Origin: Octopus vulgaris
Taxonomy: Eukaryota
Direction of reading: 5' to 3'
NCBI GenBank assembly: GCA_951406725.2
Contig: OX597827.1
Location: forward strand, 83,080,001 to 83,144,000
DNA length: 64,000 bases
Shown here: piece by piece, positions 1 through 11,095 of the stretch
Layout of the letters: every line of letters starts with the position of its first letter
How positions within the stretch are numbered: the stretch's first letter is position 1
The notes under the pieces: generated by a model
What the model was told of the DNA's origin: nothing
The model's database searches: none
The model's input: the letters and a program-made list of their open reading frames with translations, nothing else
Translations under genes and position numbers: made by a program

Positions 1-305
1 ACCCTGTTCAAAGATGTAGGGTGGCACGATGTCATCCTCCCTGGAAACACATCCAAAGACCATCACAGTTTAGGGGAACTTGGTTTCCATGATACATGGG
101 GCCTCACATGGATTGTAAGCAAGCCATCTGTTGTTCTGGGTGTTGGGCAACTGGTCCTGGCAGTTCTTTTCATCTGAGAAAAGCTCAACAGGATGCCGGA
201 GATTGTTCAGGAGCTGCTTTGCCCCTGTCAAGTGGCTCGCCTTGACTGTGGCTGTCAGAATTTGTCCCTTGCGACTCTTGTACGAGAAGTAGTGAAGATC
301 CTCAA
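1..305 (-). mobile_element. Tc1/mariner (maT/DD37D-like) transposase fragment
   Basis: Minus translation LFSDEKN...QNNRWLA...TKFP*TVMVFGCVSREDDIVPPYIFEQG with a stop; related to 40383-41250. Confidence 0.75.
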
Positions 306-890
306 ATCACAGCTGAGCCATGCAAATATAGTGATGATGCCGCCATGGTGATGATGATGATAAGTAAATGCCCCTAATATTGAAAAAGGTGTGGACAAAG
401 TCACCCCTAAGAACCAAGCCAAGTGTTGGTTTATGTAGACTGGACATAACACCAGAGAAACTTGTCAATCTTTGGCTTATTTTAAATTTTTTCAATGCTT
501 CACAACACACAAATATTTATATATATCATCATCATCACTGCCAATATATACATGCACACATTTATATACAAGACAGATACCCTTCCTGTAAGCAACTCTT
601 GCCTGTTTTTTAAGTGAGGTACTTTTATTCCACAGGTCTTCACATGTTGAAACTGACAAACACCCCAAATGACAAGATATTGTTTACAGATGTATGTCAT
701 CCAAACCGTGTCAGCGTTAAGACACACGGAAATAGACGCACACACAAACATTTACGTGTAACACATACACACATATCAAACTGTATTGACCAAACTATTA
801 GATATTGCTGCACACCACTGATCACAATGCATGCACCACCTTATGCTGTTTAAGCTTTTGAATGATTCTGCCCTGTTGGCTGGGCAGGTC

Positions 891-921
<31 letters not shown>

Positions 922-1065
922 CTTGTAATCCATTATCTTTCCAAAACAATAGAATGCTTCAATTGCATCAACAAACTATCGTTGTTGTGAAGTTAAGAGA
1001 ACAGAAGGAAAAGGGGTCTCTACTAACCAACAAACAGAAGCATCCGTTGGGGCTGACAATCTTAC

Positions 1066-1179
1066 CTTTATTCATGCCCACTTCATAACATTTGCGTAAG
1101 CGACAAGCTTGGCAACTCTTACGTCGATGTTTATCAATTGTACAGCTGTTGGTGGCAGGACACACATAATCAACTGGAC
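1066..1179 (-). CDS. ER: Estrogen receptor exon: zinc finger 2 ([39 protein letters not shown])
   Basis: 114 nt, tttAG acceptor, AAAG|GTAAGA donor. D-box CPATN and [18 protein letters not shown] are typical of ER; intron positions match vertebrate ESR genes. Confidence 0.97.
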
Positions 1180-1515
1180 CTAAACATAAATAAATAGAAA
1201 ATGTCAACAACTGCAGAAAAAATATTCCACAATGAAATCAGAAAAAAAGGTGAAATAATAAAGAATTAAATAATCAAGTTCAAACAAAATTCTGCTTGCC
1301 CCACTAAACATCAAAAGTACAATTCACTAACAGCATTACCATATTATTTTCAGGTCATTACTATGGCATAGAAGAGTTGTTTCCTCTTTTGCATAAAGTT
1401 AATTAATGTTTAATATTGTGGGATGGCATAATTATTCTATATTCTATATCCATAAAGAGTACTTTTCCCCATATTCCGGTACAATGTGATAGGTATATGA
1501 TAAGTTATATATATG

Positions 1516-2436
1516 TATTGGATCATCCCATAAATAATAGCTTTTTTCAATTGCATGAAATAAAAGTCGGAAGGGGCAGGATAAACTACCTGCATCAACT
1601 TGCTACAAAAGCAAGTAGTCATTTTACCTTGTGCTTATTCTTAGTGCAAGTTTTGAAGAGTGTAGTTCGATTTTAACAATTATTTTTTCAAAGTTATAAT
1701 GGAAGTGACAAACGAGCACATTCGGTATATTTTGCTTTAGGAGTTCCATAAAAGCAACAACACAACGGAAAGTGCAAGGAATATTAATGCAGTATATGGG
1801 GATCGGACAATAATCATCAGCCAGTGTCAACGGTGGTTCCAGAAACTACAGCCTAGAAGATGAGCCTTGTCCTCGAATAACTGCAGAGCTTGACGAGGAC
1901 ATCCTGCAAACCCTGATGGGAAAAAACCCCATCGTAACTGTTGAGGAACTAGCAGAGAAGCTTGGATTTGGTCATTCCACCATTCATTGACACCTGCGTG
2001 CCATGGGAAAACAATCATCTTTGGTTTCAAGATGAAAGGTGTTCTTCCATCAGGATAATGCTTGGCCACATACAATGAGGATGACATTCCAAAGGCTGGA
2101 GCAGTTTGAATGGGAAACGATGCCCCACCCACCATATTCACTGGACATTGCCCCATTTGATTATCATTTATTCTGCAATCTTTAAAACCATTTGGATGGA
2201 AAAAAATATGAATTTTGTAGACAAGGTCAGAATAGTAGTGGAAGAGTATTTTATGTCACAGACAAGTGAATTTTAATTTTGGAAGAGAGGCCTTGCAAGT
2301 CTACCAGACAGATGGAAGAACAGTGTAGAAAATGAAGGAGAGTATCATTTAGATGAAAAAAGAACTTAGTTCATCTTAATTTTGAAAAAGAAAGGAAGTA
2401 TAAAAAAAACTGCATTATTTATGGGATGGGCCAATA
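1516..2436 (+). mobile_element. Internally deleted mariner (DD34D-type) element with TIRs
   Basis: TIRs TATTGGATCATCCCATAAATAAT / ATTATTTATGGGATGGGCCAATA. Remnants LEDEP...TVEELAEKLGFGHSTI, FHQDNAWPHT and HPPYSLDIAPFDYHLF. Confidence 0.9.
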
Positions 2437-2956
2437 TATAAGTTCTGACCGAAAAGTATGAGGACTGTTGTAATGGTAATGAAGATAAAGTCCACAGAGT
2501 GAAGCTGTTTGGCACCATCTGACCTTCAACTCTGTCGTGGAAACACACTCAGTTATAACGTCCTCACTCACTTCCGTTGTTTGTAGAAGTGTTTGGAAGT
2601 AAAGTGTGTAGAGTGTTTGGAAGTAAAGTGTGTAGAGTGTTTGGAAGTAAAGTGTGTAGAGTGTGATCGTCTCCAAAAGAAAATCAGGTTTCAGCTGTGC
2701 AGAATCTCGTTGATCGTGTTAGGAAGACAAAAACTATTTGAAAACAGTTACAACAGGTGAGGAATCATAGGTCTTCATAGCAGAAGACCCCAATAAGATT
2801 TCAAGACATTAAGAAAATCCAAGAAGCACCTGCTCACTATCCCAAACGAGGAGCTCCAAAAAAAGCGTCCATCAATGGAAACAACGCTAGATAAAGTGTG
2901 TGGCTTCAGAAGAGGGATGTAGCACCAGTCCTGATACTTTTTGATCAGACCTTGTA
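2437..2956 (+). mobile_element. Non-autonomous mariner derivative (~520 bp)
   Basis: Imperfect TIRs TATAAGTTCTGACCGAAAAGTATGAGGACTG / CAGTCCTGATACTTTTTGATCAGACCTTGTA. Transposase C-terminal remnant (RFQDIKKIQE...WKQR..KCVASEG). Confidence 0.75.
2583..2663 (+). repeat. 24-bp tandem repeat x3 (AGTGTTTGGAAGTAAAGTGTGTAG)
   Basis: Three exact units read directly; explains the TLYTLYFQ x3 ORF. Confidence 0.95.
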
Positions 2957-3308
2957 TATGACTATTCTTAGTGAATGCCCAGTAACAATGTCGTTGTCCA
3001 ACGTTGAGAACAGTTACAGGTTTACAAGCAAATAGGTAGAGATAGTTCTTGTTTGTTAGTCCAGCAGATGAACCAACCAAAGGAGTTCAGTGACTCCTAA
3101 ATCAACAATAAATTCCAATCTAAACGAAGAACTAGCCCTAAGGGATCTTCTTCAACATTTTTTAATCATGACTAGATTCTGGTCTGTTCCTCAGATCACA
3201 TTGGAAAACAATTCTGCCACAAGTCAGACACTAGTTGTATCACAACCACATCAAAGACAATTACTCTAGCAAAAAGTAGAACCAAGAATGAGAAAGCAAA
3301 TCACTTAC

Positions 3309-3428
3309 CTTGAATACTTCGTTTAAAGAAAGCTTTACAACCTTCACAAGACCATACACCATAATGAAATCCTGAAGCATTGTCATCACACACCTGACAT
3401 AACCTGGTAGTGTTACCCGTGCTACTAC
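3309..3428 (-). CDS. ER: Estrogen receptor exon: zinc finger 1 ([41 protein letters not shown])
   Basis: Translated by hand (absent from the ORF track). 120 nt, ttgtAG acceptor, CAAG|GTAAGT donor, phase 1/1. P-box CEGCKA is ER-type (ERR has CEACKA). Confidence 0.97.
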
Positions 3429-4437
3429 CTACAACACAAGATGAGAGGCAAACATTTTATCAATTGACAACACAGCAGACAACATGCATTAATATTATTT
3501 TAACAGAGCCTCATTACAGCAGACAACAGGGGAAACGAATACTGAGACATCTGTAGAGAGTCAGTAACTCTAAATACAAGCTGAAATCACATCATAACAA
3601 TCCATTCAACATACTGGAAAGCAGGGATACAAATGATTAGGAGGAGGCAGCTATGTTCTCATCTGATGCGTAGATGTATTATTCTTTATAATGGTGGCAC
3701 AGAAAGAAATACAGAGTAGTTTAATTTACTCATTACACTATACAGTTTTGAGTTTTTGTATGTGTACAGAGTTTTTTGTTAAATCATTCATTATTCATGC
3801 TTACACACATACATATACTGTCTGAGTAGTAACAAAATGAAAGCCCAACTTCAAATAAATGAATATATGCATATACAATATGTAGGCACACACACACACG
3901 TGCTGCTTTGTGGTTGGTGACTAACTGCTGTGTATGGCTCCCTTTTACACTTCCTCTCCTTTAAAGATGGTCTGCCTCTTTGTCATGGATTCTACACTAA
4001 CTTTTTAGACCTGTTGCTGATCTGCAAGTTGTGTTTCAGATCTTACAGATGTTGGGTGCCAACACAAAATGAATTTGTTGATTGCCACTGCCATGGGACT
4101 TTGCTAATAGACCTTCTTAAAACCTGATTTGGGCCAACAGATTTGATTGCAAGTCAGGCCTCTGAAAATGTTTGTCTACCTCACAAGTGACTTTGATTGA
4201 TTAAGAGTGCGTGTGGGTGGGTGGGTTAGGGGTACCTGCCCTATTCTTTGCCCTGTTACAAGTCCTATGTTGCTTAATCTTGCAAGCTTCACACAACATT
4301 GTGTGTGAGATACAATCAATCTCTATTTTGCCTCTATTGTCATAAATCTATTTTTTGACACTCAGCAAAATCTCCAACCAATCTCTCTCAATCTTTGTAC
4401 TTCTCTTCAATCAAACTCAAACAATTTCTTCATAAGC

Positions 4438-4484
<47 letters not shown>

Positions 4485-4679
4485 TGTTCATGTGTGTCTA
4501 TGAGCATGTGCACAAATACACACACGCACACATATACTGCAATGACTATATAATTAAAGAGGTGTTCCTGATTGCAAGGCAGAGTAGCAAAGAGAAGTGA
4601 AACATATTTGTAGATAAGTGTATCAAGAGGGATAACATTACATTTACTCATTCTGACACTACTCAGGTGGGGGAGTCCT

Positions 4680-5035
4680 AGAAGTGCCTCACCTGATAGG
4701 CCATGAGAAGTTGTTAAATGAAGAGAATGTGTTGTCGAGTGAGAGTCTACCTGAAGAAGATGTCACACAGAAATGAGCCATTGAAGTGGACATTAATATC
4801 GTAGCAAGCACAATTAAGAATATGAAGGGAGGAGGGACAGCACCTGGTCCATCAGGAAAGAGTCACTGAAATGATCAAAGTATCTGTTGAAGTAGAGCAG
4901 CAGAAGATAATCGAGTGGCAGAGGAAGCTGTCAGAGTCACCGACTGACATAATAGGTTTATCATGAAACTGGAGCAAACGAGAGAAGCAGTTACCCTGAC
5001 ATCAAATTCTTGAGCCAGGTCATGAACGAGTTAGA
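4680..5035 (+). mobile_element. Degraded RTE LINE ORF fragment
   Basis: Remnants LLNEENV and APGPSG...EMIK, resembling the RTE pre-RT region. Confidence 0.5.
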
Positions 5036-5844
5036 GTAGTGGTATGCTTTGAATATGCTTTCAAAAGCCATTTTGGAGGGTACTGGCCTGTTTCCCCAAT
5101 ATAAAGGAGACTACAAAATTTGCCTATGATACAACATATGAAGTGAAACAATATGCAACAGAAGTCCCGAGCAACATGATATCATGTCTTCGGCCCAGTG
5201 ATGCTTGTAGTATTGCTAACGTAGGCACAGGTGTTGCATCATCAGGGAGTGTGTTTAAGATGGCCTGGTGGTGTAGAGCTGGGAGATGTGGCACTTCTTA
5301 CTGAGAGATTTCCAAGGTTTTAATCCTTTTTAAAGGCAAGATGTGGTACAGCAAAAATTGGAGCAGTTGTATGTATGTGTGTGTAGGTGTATGTAGGCTT
5401 AATCCACTGTCAACATATGTGTATTTACCATAAAAATGTATGAGATGATTTATGAAACACTAATTAATATAAACAACCATGCATTAGAGCATTTTAGCTC
5501 CTATTATTAGCAATGTAGGTATGTTGACACCCTCAGTTACACTTAGTGACAATTACATTTTTCCTTTATGCTAACACATTGTGCATAGCCATATATCTAT
5601 ATCCATCTTTGTTCTATTGTCCACATTCCCATGCTAGCATGGATCAGACAGAATTTGTTCCTGCAGCTGTTTCTTTTCCCCAACCTTCACTTGTTTCCAA
5701 GTTTACTAATATTTCCCATGAGCAGACATGTTTTCATGGGCAACTAGAAACGAAGGTCACTACTTCCATGACACTTATTTGCAACTGTATGTGAAGTCAA
5801 GGCAAGGAGAGAAGACACTAAAACACACACATACAATCATGACA

Positions 5845-5975
5845 GACATCTTTCAATTTCTGTCTGCTAAATTCACTCACAAGTTTTTGGTAGAAGACAC
5901 TTGCCCAAGGTGTCATGCAACGGGACTGAACCCGAAACTATATAATTGGAAAGTAAACTTCTTACCACATGGCTA
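5845..5975 (-). mobile_element. tRNA-derived SINE (same family as 23830-23995)
   Basis: Reverse complement GGGTTCAGTCCC...CACCTTGGGCAAGTGTCTTCTA matches the 23830 copy. Confidence 0.75.
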
Positions 5976-6319
5976 CACATATAAATGTATGCCCTGATGA
6001 ATCTCTCCCTACCATTTCACCTTCCTAATCGCCCTCCCTTCCACTCCCCGCAATACCCTTTCCCACCATTCTATTGCCAACTCTCCTCTCACCCTCTTGT
6101 GAACTTCCTGCCCACTTACCCTGACCAATCCAATCTACCACCTCACTTATATTCACTGCTCTTTGAGGGCATGCTCTCCACAACGTCTTCCTCACCATCT
6201 CTCTCTCCCTCACTCGCTTTCCAAATGCAGTAGGCATGTGCCTTCTTTACAAGGCACCTGTTTCATTCTCTCCTACCATTACCTACCACAAAACCACCTC
6301 TTGCAAATTACCTACTCAT

Positions 6320-7087
6320 CCCACTGGTGCTGGTGCTGATAGCACATAAAAAGCACTCAGTCCTCTTTGTAAAGTGGTCGGCATTAGGAAAGGCATGTAG
6401 TCGGTGAAATTATGCCAAAGCAGACAGTGGAGCTTGGTGCAGTCTTTTGACCTCTTTCCAGCCTTAGTCAAAGCATTTAACCCATGTCAGCTTGGAAAAT
6501 AGACATTAAATGATGATATGTATACATAGCATGATCTTCGAACTTTGGGTCTCATGGAAGCAATGACTAGTGATCAAGACCTTTGGTGATATGCTGTGCT
6601 TGAGAAGACCAGTCAATCCAAACGAAACTGTAGTTGTGGCCGCCGCTAGCATCACATAACTGTCACCCATGCAAGTGGCATGTTGAAAGCACCTTTTGAG
6701 CATTGGGCCTCTCAGAGACAAAGTGGCCAATGCTGGTAGCATGTGAAAAGCACCTTTCGAGTGTTTTGGGCCTCACAGAGGCAAAGACGAATGACCGAGA
6801 CCTTTGGCATTACGCTGTGCTTGAGAAGAAGACCCATCGAGTGAAGCAAAATCACAGTCATGGCAAATACTGGTGTCATACAAATGGTACCCATGCTGGT
6901 GGCATGTAAAAAGCACCCACTACACTCTTGGAGTGGTTGGTGTTAGGAAGGACGTCCAGCCATAGAAACCATGCCAAATCAGACTGGAGTCTGGTGCAGA
7001 CCCTCAGCTTACCAGCCCTGGTCAAACCATCCAACCCATGCCAGCATGGACAAGCGACATTAAATGATGATGATGATGATGATGATG
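6320..7087 (+). mobile_element. Cluster of RTE LINE 3' ends with (GAT)n tail
   Basis: ORF end LGLTEA...DRDLWHYAVLEK occurs twice, followed by the window-wide 3'UTR motif CCAACCCATGCCAGCATGGA...TTAAATGATGATGAT. Confidence 0.8.
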
Positions 7088-7147
7088 TATATATATATAT
7101 ATATATAAGGAAAGAAGGGATGTGTTTCCATGCAGGAAAACCTACAG

Positions 7148-7401
7148 AATTTGTTGCTGAAAATGCACCTGAATTTGAAAAACTTATAATTGTTTGTAAA
7201 TGAATTTATTTATCTACATACCAAACTAGTTTCAACAATTTTTTTGTATATCAGTGATATAAATCTTAATTTTTTAAAATTTCACACGTTTATACTATTG
7301 ATAAACAAAAAGTTGTTGAAACTAGTTTGGTATATATAAAAAAATTTATTTACAAACAATTACAAGTTTTGCAAATTCAGGTATATTTTCAACAACAAAT
7401 T
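7148..7401. repeat. Long inverted repeat (~115-bp arms) with a degenerate hammerhead in each arm
   Basis: Arms are reverse complements with scattered mismatches, between (TA)n at ~7088 and ~7406. Motifs ATACTA-TTGATAA-ACAA..TTGT-T-GAAAC-TA-GTT-TGGTAT (7292-7333, +) and ATATCA-CTGATAT-ACAA..TTGT-T-GAAAC-TA-GTT-TGGTAT (7218-7260, -). Confidence 0.85.
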
Positions 7402-7402
7402 T

Positions 7403-7438
<36 letters not shown>

Positions 7439-7697
7439 AATAGTGAGGGGTTATTAATCTGGACAAAATACTCGATAAGCTCTGCTCCCTGTCGGCACCC
7501 CAGGCTAACAATATTACTTAGATTAGTGAAGAACTCCAAGTGGTCTTTCGGTAGGGTCCAAACTTAGGGTTCATCACAATTCTCTATTGAAAATACGTGG
7601 ATGAGCTTCAAATAAACTGGTTTTTACAGAGAGATATATAAAGAGACAAGTAAAAATAGGGGTCATTACGCATAATTCCTTTATTATATAGCAAATC

Positions 7698-7785
7698 TGG
7701 CTTACAGCTGTTTCCAGTAGATAGGTTTATTCACTTGGGTAAATTGAAAGGCCTAAGAAAATTAATGATACCTTCGTCAGAGCCA
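7698..7785 (-). ncRNA. Minimal type-I hammerhead ribozyme motif (PLE-type), intact core
   Basis: TGGCT-CTGACGA-aGGTA...TACTg-GAAAC-AGCT-GTA-AGCCA: perfect 5-bp helix I, full core, palindromic helix III ACAGCTGT. Confidence 0.8.
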
Positions 7786-7857
7786 TTTTTGGAAATAACA
7801 AACAGAACACTTGAAGAATAGCTATTTTATGGAGGAAATGGGAGAAGATTGGGATGT

Positions 7858-8086
7858 TTAATCCTTTCGTAACCGACCTGGCTGAAACCAGCTCTGGCTC
7901 TGAGGACAAATGTCTTGCTTTCATAAGTTCTGAATTAAAATCTTCCACCAAACCCTAGTCACAATTTATGTTCCTAACACTAGCTGAATGATAACTAAAT
8001 TATTGTACTAAATTCTTTGTTATATTTACAAGTAATTGAAAGAAACACAAAGCATCTCAAAATAAATACAGTAACAAAAGGGTAAA
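7858..8086. mobile_element. piggyBac-like MITE
   Basis: Ends TTAA-TCCTTTCGTAAC ... GTAACAAAAGGG-TAAA, a degenerate TTAA-CCCTTT TIR signature. Confidence 0.5.
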
Positions 8087-8156
8087 GTAGAAAAAGGTAA
8101 AGGCAGTTTACAATGGGGTAGTAGCAATTGAGGGAGAGGTACATAGTAGAAGTATG

Positions 8157-8190
<34 letters not shown>

Positions 8191-8360
8191 ATAGGAATTT
8201 TATGGACAGTCACAAACATAGGTCAGCAACATTACCATATTGGCATTGTATGCAGGTCAGACATTCTCCAGCCAATCTGTTGAAATTTGATATGGGGTGT
8301 CTAAGAGTGATTTTCAGTTTTTATTCTAGCATTGTGGGAGAATAATTTTAGAGGATTATT

Positions 8361-8395
<35 letters not shown>

Positions 8396-9156
8396 CTGTA
8401 GACATATGTGTATGCGTGCATGCATATATATTGTTGCTATTATGCAAAAGTGTCATAAATCCAAAACGTTTCTGTATCAGAAAACAAAAAAATAGTTTCA
8501 CCATTCCGTAGCAAAACCATTGTACTCCATTTTGACAATTTTTGATATCACATTTAAAGCAGCTGGAGATATGGTAGTTTGACCAAAAGAACTGGCTATT
8601 GCAAGCAAAAATAAATATTGAAAAACTGCATTTCCCCAAATTTGGACATATGACAGTTTCACATAATAGTAATGAGACACACGCACACATATATCTCATC
8701 ATCTTCTTCGTTTAACATTCATGTTCCAAGCTGGTATGGGTAGGGTGGTTTCACAGTAACCAATGCGTCCCAAGATGGCATCACGCTCTGTTATCTGCTT
8801 TGGCATGGTTTCCATATGGCTGGATGTTTTTCCTAACATCAGCTACTTTATAAAGAAGCAAACTCTTCTTTATAAACATGTTTTGCAATGCTGCAGTTTC
8901 TGTCTACCAAATTCAGTCACAAATTTTTGTTTCAAGATCCCTATCTCTTCAATCAAAATTCACAATCTACGTACCTGTTATTCATAGTTATCTTTTATTC
9001 TATCTGAAGTTCAATATTTCATGTTATCCTAAAGAACATCTTTAAAAGTACAAGTTAAATTTATTTAGGGCCCATATTTTCATGATCTTCAGTTCTTTAT
9101 TTAAGAGATGAGGAATTATGTACATTATTTACATTCAATGTCTTCATCTTGTTTGT

Positions 9157-9205
9157 TGTTAACATGTTTCGGCTGATATACCCTCCAGCCTTCTTCAGGT
9201 ATCCT
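9157..9205 (-). ncRNA. Hammerhead motif in the PLE 3' region (helix I damaged)
   Basis: CTGAAGA-aGGCTG-gagggtatat-CAGCC-GAAAC-AT-GTT: core and helix II intact, helix I not complementary. Confidence 0.65.
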
Positions 9206-9252
9206 GGGTTCTCATTCCTAAGGTATTTTTTGATGTTATTATTTATTATTGT

Positions 9253-9322
9253 CACTGCCGGGAATCGAACTTGGAATCTTGGGGTTAGTAGCCTGCACTC
9301 TTAACCACTACGCCATATGCTC
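9253..9322 (-). other. tRNA-like Pol III cassette (A and B boxes) inside the PLE tail
   Basis: A box TGGCGTAGTGG (9315-9305) and B box GTTCGATTCC (9270-9261). No clean acceptor stem, so not called a tRNA gene. Confidence 0.7.
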
Positions 9323-10439
9323 GTGGGCAATTATGGAGTGAATTTTAGCGCTTATAAATCTAATATTCTCCTATCCTTCCTTGATACCGTTTCCCATATG
9401 CTATTCATATCTGCACTCGGTCTGCTTAAGAGGTAGATGTGTCCTAGCATATGTGCTGCCTCTTTTAGTTTTCGTATTTTCCAGTAGTGCTCTCTGTCGA
9501 TTATTTTAACTTCATCCCTCAGGGGGAGGTGATTTCCAACCATCCAACCCATGCTAGCATGGAAAACGGATGTTAAATGATGATGATGATCATCATCAGC
9601 TATACCCGATTTATCAATATCTCCTCATGTCACAGCTTTGCGATGTTCGTCTACCCCTATTTTGAGGGGGCAGCATGTTCCGCCTTTGTATAAACTACCA
9701 CAGCTGCATGGGATGGAGTACATGCAGTTCTTAATCATATTCTCTTCTGTTGGTGGTTTTACTCGAAGGAGATATTTGCAAAGTGTTGTATTACTCTTGA
9801 ATACTGTCCTGATGTCATATGGGCCACATATCTTTTGTATCTTTTCAGAGAGGCCTTTCACATAGGGTAGACAGACTGTGGACAGTTTATTGGCCTCATC
9901 CTCTCTCTTCTTCATAATTGGAGTGGATAATATACTTTTGGGGTAGTTGTATAGATTCAGGAGATCCGTATACCGCAAGCCGACCCTTACTGGACAATAC
10001 CTCAACTTCAATTCCCACCATCCATACAGTGTAAATACAGGGATTGCTCAGTGCCTAAAACATTGTGCAAAGAATATAAGTAGCGATTATGATACACACC
10101 ACGAAGAAATGATCAAACTCAATAACAATCTGTTAAGCAATAACCATGCCAAAACAGATATGGAGCCTGGTCAGCTCGTGTCAAACCATCCAACCCATGC
10201 CAGCAAGGAAAACGGATGGTAACTCATAATGATATTATGTACGTGTGTGTGTGTGTGTATGGATGAATAGATGTATGTATGTATCTTTTAAATTTGTTTA
10301 CAGGAAATATTTGAAATATGCAAATCAAGCTCCTATTCCATTATGCCGGTCACAGTCTAATGATGCTGACTGGTGAACCAGCCAGCATCATTATATATGT
10401 ATGCATGCGCGCGCGTGTGTGTGTGTGTATATATATATA

Positions 10440-10905
10440 ATTCCAAAAATTTGGAGTCAACAAGAAGAAGTAAAGTTGGACATTTATTTTCAATTACTAC
10501 ATTTGTTTTGATAAACTTAGTGGCTACTACTAACTCTAGGCCATGACAGATAGAGAGGATGCTCTGGAAGCCAAGAATTTGAACTTATGGAGACAATATT
10601 TACATACTGCCTGAGGAAACACAACTAGATCTCATAATGCAGGGAAACAGGTGCATAATCAAGTATCTATAAGCCTGGAGAACTGCGTTGCAGAGAAACA
10701 ATTGTAGTGATTGCAAATAAATGTCCGACACTACTCCTTTTTGTTGACTCCAACTTTTTCAACTCTCTATTCACACATGACAGGAGCCCAAAAGCAAACC
10801 TGGAAACATGTATAATACTACCACTGTGTATGATAGCACAGGGTAAATCTGAGGGTGGACGAGCTTTATACTGTACTCTACTAAGTTCTTAACATAATAT
10901 GCCAC

Positions 10906-10907
<2 letters not shown>
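10440..10907 (+). mobile_element. PLE-tail-like element between (TA)n tracts, with ~60-bp inverted repeat and hammerhead
   Basis: 10451-10509 is an imperfect reverse complement of 10695-10753. Motif GC-CTGGAGA-aCTGC-gtt-GCAGa-GAAAC-AATT-GTA-GT at 10673-10708 has one core substitution. Confidence 0.7.
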
Positions 10908-10936
<29 letters not shown>

Positions 10937-11095
10937 GGTTATGAGAGGTACTAGTAGTGTCAAGAAGACCCAAAGGTGTCAGGTAATGCTGAGTAAGTGC
11001 TATGGACAGACTATAGTTAAGCTCCAGGGTCGGTGATTATGTGAATGAGGAGTCCAGCGTAGGTAATATATACCAGCATGCGTGTATGTAAAAAA

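Larger units (their letters stand above)
9095..10143 (-). mobile_element. Penelope-like retroelement, 5'-truncated with inverted RT segment
   Basis: Minus: LPYVKGLSEKI...CMYSIPCSCGSLYKG...EHRKA (GIY-YIG endonuclease) and EHYWKIRKLKEA. Plus 9947-10143: SVYRKPTLTGQYLNFNSHHP (PLE RT C-terminus). An RTE tail is inserted at ~9536-9597. Confidence 0.88.

Noticed and set aside
1-305. Next ER exon (hinge/LBD)
   Set aside because: Translates as a Tc1/mariner transposase with a stop, not a receptor.
2583-2663. CRISPR-like 24-bp repeats
   Set aside because: Head-to-tail units with no spacers, inside a eukaryotic mariner derivative.
9253-9322. Functional tRNA gene
   Set aside because: A and B boxes are present but there is no proper acceptor stem, and it is embedded in a retroelement.
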